Shown: piece by piece, positions 38,254-46,297 of the stretch
Position numbering within the stretch: position 1 is the first letter of the stretch
Layout of the letters: each line of letters begins with the position of its first letter
From: a virus
IMG/VR virus record: IMGVR_UViG_3300028393_000035
Span: 1 to 64,000 of that record
Length of the DNA: 64,000 bases
Strand: one strand, 5' to 3'
Notes under the pieces: generated by a model
What the model was told of the DNA's origin: nothing
Seen by the model: the letters and a program-made list of their open reading frames with translations, nothing else
The model's database searches: none
Position numbers and translations under genes: made by a program

Positions 38254-38757
38254 TTAACCTACAGCGCTCCAACCAATATTTGATTCGCCAGATGTTTTTG
38301 CATACAAGGTGCTTCCTGCCGCACCATCTTTTCTAAGAAATAAACTACCAATCGGTGCTGTAGTAACGCCCTCAGGACCTCCGGTTCCTATAACAATCTT
38401 AATCGACCCAACTTCAATTACATTAGTTTTATCTATTGTTACCAAAGATGATCCGCTAGGAGTCTTAATAACTTCAGCCGCAACCTTGGCTTCTCCGGGA
38501 GCTAAATGCACAACTTGAGTGTCATCAACATTATCAAATTTAGTATCAAGTTTCCAATACCCTCCATCTTGACGGACGATCCAATATTCACCTTCTTTGG
38601 GCCAAACAAAAAATGATGGAACGTCAAATAATGAAATTTGAATATTACCTCCGTCTTTTAATTGAGCTTCAATTTTGCGGGTATCCGTATGCACTGTATG
38701 AATTCGCGCAGAATGCCTAGGACCAAACGCAGGATTAATATGATTGCGAATTGACAT
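38254..38757 (-). CDS. Baseplate spike-like protein (gpV position)
   Basis: OB-fold-like WPKEGEYW; C-terminal GPEGVTTAPIGSLFLRKDG...GW motif; between hub and gp25. Confidence 0.6.
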   Translation of the reverse strand: MSIRNHINPAFGPRHSARIHTVHTDTRKIEAQLKDGGNIQISLFDVPSFFVWPKEGEYWIVRQDGGYWKLDTKFDNVDDTQVVHLAPGEAKVAAEVIKTPSGSSLVTIDKTNVIEVGSIKIVIGTGGPEGVTTAPIGSLFLRKDGAAGSTLYAKTSGESNIGWSAVG

Positions 38758-38760
38758 TAT

Positions 38761-40263
38761 TTATTTCTTATCCGATTTAGATGGATCTTTATCCGTTGCA
38801 TCTTTAAATGTACCAACGGCATCTGTAGTAGGCCAAGCTCTAATCATTCCTGCATGAACCCAAGATTTATCTGGATCTGCTGGAGTCCCGTCTCCATTTT
38901 TATATGCCGCAGGAGCCATTAACTCCGCTGTAGTGGTGAAACCATTTTCATACGAGCAGTTATGAGTCACAGAACTGACATAGCACTGCAATCCATGTTC
39001 GGGAAACGCTACGATACCGCCGGGAAAAAGCTCGGGCATAAATGTAAATTGAAATTGAGTTTTAAATTGTTGAGACCAATATAAACAAAATTTTTGATAT
39101 GCTAAAAATGCTTCATAAATTGGTGCCCTAACCATAGGGGCTGGCTCATAATGCGGTCTTGCTCCGTATTTGCGCAAAAAGTTAATTGCATCTTCTTGTT
39201 TAACAAGCGTCGGATATTTTTTAGGATCTACGCCTTTAAGATCACCTTTTGCATCTACGCCATTAAGAAAGTCGGCCATAAAAGCATTGAATACACTAAC
39301 CACTCCGCCTGTATTTATTTTATCATAAACATCTACGTTGCCACTACCACTGGCCGCACCAGATGGAGGTCCAACAATATCTCCAACTACATAAACGTGA
39401 GTATATAATTCATCATCTGATAATTCGATGCTGCCACTAATAATTTCAATATCTTCAATAAACCAATAAGGAGTTTTTCCTAAACCGCCAAAGTAATCTG
39501 GGTAAAAAGCAAAAAAGTCTCCACTCGGAGTGGACATGAACTGCCTTAGACAAGCCATGGACAATTGCTGAATAAAAGGCATTAGAGGAGTATCATTCAT
39601 TAAACTTCTTTGACCAGTTAATGAATTTGATTCTATTGTGCTAACGAATCCGGGCATAGAAAAAAATGTTGAATAAGCAGCAGCTTTAGCAATTGCCCCA
39701 ACGTCAATGGTTTCTCCGCTTGGTTGAGTACCGGGTAAAATTGTTTGATCCGTTGGAGTACCAGTAGGATCACTAGCAATTGGATTACCGTTTTCGTCTG
39801 CATTGCCAAGTGAAAAATCTACAAATTTTCTTGGGGAAACGGCTCCGTTTGTTGTAGGTTCACCGCCTAGTGCAAACTCAGGTTTCATAACTACGCGAAC
39901 CCGATTACTTTGAGTAACCCATCCTTCGGAAACGCCTTTATTAACCGGTTTCCATTGTCCGTCACCAAGATTTACACTTGACGAAATGGGACCCAAAGCA
40001 ATACTGTCGTTTTCTTTAAAAATACCAATGGTTTCTTTAAATTGAAGGATCAGTGTTCTTTCATTGGCGTTATTCATGCCCCAAGTCCATCGAGATTTAA
40101 CTGGGGCGCTGATGGTAATGGTACCATTGCTAATACCATAAATTTGACTTTTCATTAATCCATGGGCTGCGCTTTGATTTCCATACTCAGTAATTGTATG
40201 TAAACCAGATGAAGTTGCATTTGGAAATATTGGTGCTGGTTTTTTAGCTTGTGATCCGGGCAT
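38761..40263 (-). CDS. Baseplate hub, C-terminal half
   Basis: SLMNDTPLMPFIQQL...STPSGDFFAFYPDYFG, FLRKYGARP, FMPELFPG, YVSSVTH...GFTTTAEL (late-control-D/gp27-like C-terminus). Confidence 0.8.
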   Translation of the reverse strand: MPGSQAKKPAPIFPNATSSGLHTITEYGNQSAAHGLMKSQIYGISNGTITISAPVKSRWTWGMNNANERTLILQFKETIGIFKENDSIALGPISSSVNLGDGQWKPVNKGVSEGWVTQSNRVRVVMKPEFALGGEPTTNGAVSPRKFVDFSLGNADENGNPIASDPTGTPTDQTILPGTQPSGETIDVGAIAKAAAYSTFFSMPGFVSTIESNSLTGQRSLMNDTPLMPFIQQLSMACLRQFMSTPSGDFFAFYPDYFGGLGKTPYWFIEDIEIISGSIELSDDELYTHVYVVGDIVGPPSGAASGSGNVDVYDKINTGGVVSVFNAFMADFLNGVDAKGDLKGVDPKKYPTLVKQEDAINFLRKYGARPHYEPAPMVRAPIYEAFLAYQKFCLYWSQQFKTQFQFTFMPELFPGGIVAFPEHGLQCYVSSVTHNCSYENGFTTTAELMAPAAYKNGDGTPADPDKSWVHAGMIRAWPTTDAVGTFKDATDKDPSKSDKK

Positions 40264-40317
40264 GATTAAACTACCTTTACTTGTCTTTTATTAATTGAGC
40301 GATATTGAAACATTTGA

Positions 40318-41457
40318 TTAATCAACTAATCTAATTTCCACATTACCCGTACCGTCTTGGGTAAAGTTTAAAGCATCCGCAGCGTCTCTCCATAAATCAA
40401 TAGCTCTATTGGGACTGCCGCTTCCGTATCCTCTATCGGTTTTTGATGCAATAATAGATTTTCCTTTGTATCTAATTTCGACTTTTGTAAACATTGGCAA
40501 TTCGCCAGATCGACCAAAAAGAGCAGCCATGTAACCTTGATTGGTAGCCAAACCATTACTTGTTGCAGTACCCAACTCTGCATAATTATAAAGCCCACCG
40601 GGAGCATTACCCAATTTTCCTGACGCTCCGGGAGGTGGATCATCAAACCAAGAGGCCTCTGTTGTCTTCCATCCTGACCCCCCAGTTGAAGGTTGAGCGG
40701 CACCTCCGCCTCCTCCACTTGTTGTAGTTGAAGTTGAAAATTTACCATAATCACCACGACCAATAATTTCTCTGACAAATTTGGCAACTTCTTCGTTAAT
40801 GTTTGAGTTATCTTTTTTGAATTCATCAAAAAGGTTTCCAACAACTTTTTCTATGTTACGAGGAAGTGATTGAATGTAAATATTATCATTGTTCCAACCG
40901 CCAATTTCATTAAGAACTCCATAAAGAAGATTACCAATACTGGAATCATTTAATCTATTAACTTTATTAATTTTTTGATTATCAGTATCTGCCGTACCAG
41001 CTTTACCATTAGACTTATCTAAGTTCCAACCGTAAGCTTTCATAAAATCGTTTACAAAAGAAAGTCCCGGATCAAAGTAAGTGTAATTTAATCGCTTTAA
41101 TGTACAAGAAGCTTTAATTTTGGCGGTCCCCGGAAACAATTGAACATCGGGAGTTGTGTCGCAATAACCTGTAAATACCTGAATGGGCTTGCCCGCAATT
41201 CTTTCAAGGATAATTGTTATCGGATCCATTGGATGAAAAACGGGAAGAACTTTGCCATCAGCTTCGCGTTCTGTAAACAAGAACCTAGGTTTATTGTCTT
41301 TAAGTACTTTTGGATTGCGAAATTCTAATTCAGCCGTACTGATGTTATCAATGACTCTGTAAACGTCACATTTGATTATGTACGGACTTAAATCGACTAT
41401 GCCAGAGTCAGTTTTGATCCAAGCTTTGATTGATGGAGAGTAAACTAATCTTTTCAT
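40318..41457 (-). CDS. Hub N-terminal half, paralog 3, + RlpA-like DPBB lytic transglycosylase
   Basis: Shared MKRLVYSPS... domain; ASWF, LPMFTKVEI, TDRG, RAIDLWRDAADAL. Confidence 0.85.
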   Translation of the reverse strand: MKRLVYSPSIKAWIKTDSGIVDLSPYIIKCDVYRVIDNISTAELEFRNPKVLKDNKPRFLFTEREADGKVLPVFHPMDPITIILERIAGKPIQVFTGYCDTTPDVQLFPGTAKIKASCTLKRLNYTYFDPGLSFVNDFMKAYGWNLDKSNGKAGTADTDNQKINKVNRLNDSSIGNLLYGVLNEIGGWNNDNIYIQSLPRNIEKVVGNLFDEFKKDNSNINEEVAKFVREIIGRGDYGKFSTSTTTSGGGGGAAQPSTGGSGWKTTEASWFDDPPPGASGKLGNAPGGLYNYAELGTATSNGLATNQGYMAALFGRSGELPMFTKVEIRYKGKSIIASKTDRGYGSGSPNRAIDLWRDAADALNFTQDGTGNVEIRLVD

Positions 41458-42735
41458 TTAAAAACCTTGAATGTGTCTAGGTGTAAATCCTTCTGTTGTA
41501 TGTGCATGCCACCATACAGTGTGCCCAGCGGGTGCGCTACTAGCAGTTCCAACAAATCTATTAGCAGCATCCGAATTGGCTAATTCAAAAAATACATGGC
41601 CACTGGGTCCAGCAGGCCCCTTTGTCCAAACAGTAAGATACTGTCCTCTACCCGGCTCTCCCCAAGTTAAAAATTCATCAGAGCTTGGAGCGTAATTAAA
41701 ACCTAATTTACCAATAAAATGAAGCATATAAGATACAAAGCTAGAGCAGTCAAACATTAAAGCACCGTCGCCGTCTACAGGAGGATTATTAAGATAATTG
41801 CCCTCTCTTTCACTACTAGCTCCTCCCGGTATATCGCCATCTCCACCAGAAACGTATCTTGTTTTGGCAGAAACAATTCTGTCAACTTCAGCTTTCCAAC
41901 GTCTAATTAGATCTGGAGCCTGCGACGGTAAGACTGGAGTAGGACCTGCGGCAGTACTAGAATCTGCAAGTGGTTGAGTAGACAATTGTCCGTATCCACC
42001 ACTACCAATAATACCCTTGACAAATTTGGCAACTTCCTCGTTGACTTTAGAATTGTCTTTTTTAAATTCATCAAAAAGATTTCCAACGACTTTGGCTATG
42101 TTGCCGGGGATCGGTTGAATATAAATATTATTGTTATTCCATCCGCCAATTTCATTAAGCGCAGCATAAAGTAAATTGCCAATACTGGAATCATGTAATT
42201 GAACTGATGAAGTTGGCACTTGTTTTGGATTTTCATCTTTTGTTGCTTGTTTTTCATTAACCGCAGTACCATTAGATACATTAATTATCCAACCATAATT
42301 GCGCATAAAATCTTGTACAAAATTTAATCCCGGATCAAAGTAGGTGTAGTTTAATCTTTTTAAAGTGCAAGACGCTTTGATACGAGCGGTACCCGGAAAT
42401 AACTGTACATATGGAGTTGTGTCACAATAGCCAGTAAAAACCTGAATGGGTTTACCCGCAATACGTTCAAGTACAATAGTTATTGGATCCATAGGATGAA
42501 AAACCGGTCTTATTGAAGTGCTACCATCTGAACCCGTATATTCGTTTTCAGTAAACAAAAATCTTGGTTTACCATTTTTAAGCACTTTTGGATTACGAAA
42601 TTGAATTTCAGCATTGCTAAGGTCATCAACTTTTCTTACAACCGTGCATTCGGTTACATATGGACTCAAATCAATAACCCCCGAGTCTGTTTTTACCCAA
42701 ACCTTGATTGACGGGGAGTAAGCTAATCTTTTCAT
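41458..42735 (-). CDS. Hub N-terminal half, paralog 2, + NlpC/P60 peptidase
   Basis: Shared N-domain; YVSGG, FDCSSFVSY, GHVF. Confidence 0.85.
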   Translation of the reverse strand: MKRLAYSPSIKVWVKTDSGVIDLSPYVTECTVVRKVDDLSNAEIQFRNPKVLKNGKPRFLFTENEYTGSDGSTSIRPVFHPMDPITIVLERIAGKPIQVFTGYCDTTPYVQLFPGTARIKASCTLKRLNYTYFDPGLNFVQDFMRNYGWIINVSNGTAVNEKQATKDENPKQVPTSSVQLHDSSIGNLLYAALNEIGGWNNNNIYIQPIPGNIAKVVGNLFDEFKKDNSKVNEEVAKFVKGIIGSGGYGQLSTQPLADSSTAAGPTPVLPSQAPDLIRRWKAEVDRIVSAKTRYVSGGDGDIPGGASSEREGNYLNNPPVDGDGALMFDCSSFVSYMLHFIGKLGFNYAPSSDEFLTWGEPGRGQYLTVWTKGPAGPSGHVFFELANSDAANRFVGTASSAPAGHTVWWHAHTTEGFTPRHIQGF

Positions 42736-44600
42736 TACTGCCCGCCTTGAATCGCTTTTGCTTTATTTATAATTTTATTTATCGGCAGGTTTCCCGGACA
42801 GTCTGGATGATCTCCGCCTCTTGATCCTAATTCGCCGTGTCCACAAATTCCATTTGTTGTAGACCTAACAAGCGGAATGTTAAATTTAGTAGACCAATAG
42901 GCAACCCATTGAGCAGATTTATTAATTTGCGCATCTGTAAATGCAGATACACTTTGACTTGCATATCCTATATGCTCAATTCCTAATGAATCTTTTGATC
43001 TATACCCGCAATGATGAGCTTGATTTTGATCATTAACAAAGCGAGCAGAGTTACCTTCATTATCAACTCCAACATGAACGGAAATTCCTCGATTTGGTAT
43101 GCCGTGCGCAGTCGCCCAATCACTTCTTCTCATTAATCCATCTTTCAAGTTTCGCAAATCTGCCGTTCCAGCAATATTATCAGTTTGAGTAACATGCAAA
43201 ACAATAATTTTTGGATTATTATTTGATTCCCAATAATTTAAACCGTCTCCATTTTGAGGAATTGGAAGACTTATATGCTCAGGCTCTGAACCCGGATTAG
43301 AAGCTGTTGCAACAGGTCTTAATGTGTTAACAACATCTGCAATAGTTTTTGCAAATACTAACTTGCCATGAGTAGTTGGATGAGGCTGATTATTTGGATC
43401 AATTTCTGCTTTTGAAGCCCAATCAGCAATTGACAAATTAGAATGTTTTGAATGTGCTTCTCTAATTGCTTCATTAACATGATTATTAGTTGTTACAGTA
43501 ACAAAAACTGCTTTTCGATTAGATCCAATATTAGCCATCGCTTTATCAATAGATCTTAAAAAGGTAGCTTTAGAATTATCTTCATCGTTTGTACCAAGTG
43601 CAACAATAACTATTCCGCCAAGAGATAATTTATTATTTTTTAAGATTTTTAATCCAGAATCTCCGCCCATAGTCGAAGATCCATAACCATCTGGACCCCA
43701 TGCCATATGTTTTGAATTTTCTGCATAAATAGTAATTCCCGGCATTGCAGCTTCAAGTTCGGTTCTACTCATGTTAGTAATACTGTCTCCAACCATGGTT
43801 ACTCCTGTTCCAGTAACGCCGTTAGAATCAGTGCTATTGCTAAGTAATTTACCGTAATCTCCATTGCCAATAATTTCTCTAACGAATTTGGCAATTTCTT
43901 CGTTAACGTTTTTATTATCTTTGGCAAATTCATCAAAAAGTTTTCCTACTATTTGAGATATGTTATTAGGAAGTGATTGAATATAAATATTGTCATTGTT
44001 CCAACCACCAATTTCGTTTAATACGGCATAAAGTAAATACCCAATGCTAGAATCATTTACATTGGTTGATTTAACAGCTTTACTGATTTGAGAATCTGTG
44101 ATGACACTGGCAGTACCGCTATTTCCTGCCCCGCCTTTTTTAACAACTCCATTTCCTCCTAATTGCCAACCATATTGACTCATAAAATCCATAACAAAAG
44201 GAAGTCCCGGATCAAAATATGTATAGTTTAATCGTTTAAGTGTGCAAGAAGCAGTTAACCGCGCAGTACCCGGAAATAGTTGAACATATGGAACGGTATC
44301 GCAGTAACCAGTAAAAACCTGAATGGGTTTACCTGCTATGCGTTCAAAGATGACTGTTATTGGATCCATTGGATGGAAAACTGGCCCAATGTTTCCATCT
44401 TTTTGAACTCTTTGAGTAAACAAAAATCTTGGTTTTCCATCTTGTAAAACTTTGGGATTGCGAAATACAACGTCTAAAGAACTAAGATCGTTTACTTTAC
44501 GCTGAACCCTGCACTCTGTAATGTGAGGACTTAAATCAACAACACCAAAGTCTGTTTTTACCCAAATCTTTACTGATGGGCTATACACTAGTCTTTTCAC
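42735..44600 (-). CDS. Hub N-terminal half, paralog 1, + SGNH esterase + Amidase_2
   Basis: Shared N-domain; GDS, LGTND, PHP; IVLHVT, SLGIE, CGH, DCPG; GTG start. Confidence 0.85.
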   Translation of the reverse strand: MKRLVYSPSVKIWVKTDFGVVDLSPHITECRVQRKVNDLSSLDVVFRNPKVLQDGKPRFLFTQRVQKDGNIGPVFHPMDPITVIFERIAGKPIQVFTGYCDTVPYVQLFPGTARLTASCTLKRLNYTYFDPGLPFVMDFMSQYGWQLGGNGVVKKGGAGNSGTASVITDSQISKAVKSTNVNDSSIGYLLYAVLNEIGGWNNDNIYIQSLPNNISQIVGKLFDEFAKDNKNVNEEIAKFVREIIGNGDYGKLLSNSTDSNGVTGTGVTMVGDSITNMSRTELEAAMPGITIYAENSKHMAWGPDGYGSSTMGGDSGLKILKNNKLSLGGIVIVALGTNDEDNSKATFLRSIDKAMANIGSNRKAVFVTVTTNNHVNEAIREAHSKHSNLSIADWASKAEIDPNNQPHPTTHGKLVFAKTIADVVNTLRPVATASNPGSEPEHISLPIPQNGDGLNYWESNNNPKIIVLHVTQTDNIAGTADLRNLKDGLMRRSDWATAHGIPNRGISVHVGVDNEGNSARFVNDQNQAHHCGYRSKDSLGIEHIGYASQSVSAFTDAQINKSAQWVAYWSTKFNIPLVRSTTNGICGHGELGSRGGDHPDCPGNLPINKIINKAKAIQGGQ

Positions 44601-44605
44601 GATAA

Positions 44606-45520
44606 TTAATTTCCGTTTGCGTCTGTTAAATCAAATTGACTATTAATTCCAATTTGTACACCATTTCCACGATGGTTGATTTGTGCGCCCGTAAAAGCTG
44701 TATCTGATATGCCACCGTTTGCGCTAATGTGCTTACCATTACTGATGGCATCGTTATATTGACCCTGAAGAATATTTTTTCTAATTTGAGCGCCATTTTT
44801 TGCTCCAAAGTCATCCTTGCGAAAAAGAGTCATCCAGTCCGTAATTTTAGATCCTGAACTTAAATCATTACCAAAAATGCCTTTATTTCCATCGGATTGG
44901 GCAATAACAAAATCAATGGTAAATTGAGGAGCAAAATTAAATTTAGTTCCGCCAGCAGCAATAGACTTAATGTAACCCTCTAATTGCATACCCTTTCTTG
45001 CACCCTTTTGATTTCTGGGTCGTCCCTCTACAGACCGTGGATTCATAATTAATGTTACGGTAGGAAGGGGAATTGTTGAATCGTCGCCATAATGTTTTAA
45101 ATAAAGATTTGATTTTTCACTGGCATTTGATTGAGGTCGTATATCACCATTCACATTTAAAGCTTCTGAATGAGATTCTCTAACAAAAGCGGCTAATTTG
45201 TTATACTCTCTTTGATTTGGCATTATTCCAGCCATTTTTAAAATAGGTTGATCAAATGAATGAGGGTAAAATTCTCTTTTCCAACGACTTTGACCAGTGC
45301 TACCAGTCATAGAAAAATCAATTGAAGCTTCTTCTACCCAAAGGTTCAAGTATTTATTATTTGTTTTAATAAGTCGAACGGTCCAATTATCTAATTTATT
45401 AGGATCGACATCGGGCGTACTAACTGCATATCCTGTGTCAACTCTAGGACCAGCTTGCCTATTTAATTTAGCTGCATTCTCAGCAGAATAAGGAATGGGA
45501 TCAATTGGATTATTAGCCAT
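44606..45520 (-). CDS. Minor tail/baseplate protein (tube-initiator-like)
   Basis: Likely start MANNPID at 45520, short overlap with upstream gene. Confidence 0.65.
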   Translation of the reverse strand: MANNPIDPIPYSAENAAKLNRQAGPRVDTGYAVSTPDVDPNKLDNWTVRLIKTNNKYLNLWVEEASIDFSMTGSTGQSRWKREFYPHSFDQPILKMAGIMPNQREYNKLAAFVRESHSEALNVNGDIRPQSNASEKSNLYLKHYGDDSTIPLPTVTLIMNPRSVEGRPRNQKGARKGMQLEGYIKSIAAGGTKFNFAPQFTIDFVIAQSDGNKGIFGNDLSSGSKITDWMTLFRKDDFGAKNGAQIRKNILQGQYNDAISNGKHISANGGISDTAFTGAQINHRGNGVQIGINSQFDLTDANGN

Positions 45521-46292
45521 TATTTTTATTGTCCTCAGATGGAGCTTTTCCATCACCGTTTTTACCGTTTCCAGTATTTTGAAACGCAGCGTTATATGCA
45601 GGTTTAGACCAATTGGCTCCCAATGCCTCCGTTGCTGCTGCACCGCTTGAACCGGGAAGCCAAGATTTAATAAACGAGTTATATGGGCCATTTGCACCAC
45701 TAAGCTCGCTATAATAATCTTGAGTTGCGCCAGCCTTATAAGCCTTGCCCGTGTTAGGAGTTGTCCAAGGGTTAAATTGATGAAATCCGATACGAGCCGT
45801 AGCGGTTCCAAAAGGTTTAAAACTAGGATCATCGACTTGAGCTTGAGCTTCTGTTTTAATTAACTGCTCAAAACTTTCTGGACTTTCAACAACTGCCGCG
45901 CTAATACTCCAAGTAGGAGCAACGACATCTTTACCATACCTAAATCCGGGCGCTGATTTAGGTTGAATAAGAAATTTCCAACCGCGAGCTGGATATTCAA
46001 AAGTAACAGGTGTGGTATCATAAGCCTGTGTTTTACCCTGAGTGGCAAGCTGCATGTAGGAAACAAACCATTGATAAATTGTTTCCATTTTACTGTATGA
46101 TGAAATGGTTCCTGTGATGGTCATGTCCTCAATAAACATTGAAAGAATTTGAACAACTTCGCCGCCAAAAGTTTGATAATTTTGAGTATTTAATCCATAA
46201 GACCAAACAATAGAATCAGGGTTGACTGATAATTTTAAATCAGGCAAAGCTTGAGTTGGATGAGAAAATATAATTTTTGCAGTATTAGCCAT
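45513..46292 (-). CDS. Tail tube initiator-like protein
   Basis: LSVNPDSI...QTFGGEVVQ...MTITGT; follows tape measure. Confidence 0.7.
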   Translation of the reverse strand: MANTAKIIFSHPTQALPDLKLSVNPDSIVWSYGLNTQNYQTFGGEVVQILSMFIEDMTITGTISSYSKMETIYQWFVSYMQLATQGKTQAYDTTPVTFEYPARGWKFLIQPKSAPGFRYGKDVVAPTWSISAAVVESPESFEQLIKTEAQAQVDDPSFKPFGTATARIGFHQFNPWTTPNTGKAYKAGATQDYYSELSGANGPYNSFIKSWLPGSSGAAATEALGANWSKPAYNAAFQNTGNGKNGDGKAPSEDNKNNG

Positions 46293-46297
46293 TATTA

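Larger units (their letters stand above)
40740..44600 (-). repeat. Three diverged direct repeats (~0.7 kb each) encoding the hub N-domain
   Basis: Near-identical tracts such as aaatt/gaattcatcaaaaag (~40820, ~42065, ~43927) and acctgaatggg (~41177, ~42440, ~44318). Confidence 0.85.

Noticed and set aside
40263-40320. Stop-codon readthrough joining hub paralog 3 to the C-half (the ORFs are in frame)
   Set aside because: A second in-frame TAA lies in the 54-nt spacer, and the C-half has its own promoter-like motif and SD-like AAGGT
40318-44600. Diversity-generating retroelement or invertase shufflon behind the hub repeats
   Set aside because: No reverse transcriptase or site-specific recombinase in the window; repeats are direct, intact genes and differences are not adenine-specific
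45521-45832. N-terminal extension of the 408-aa ORF
   Set aside because: Overlaps the upstream gene by ~320 nt; ATG at 45520 gives a normal short overlap
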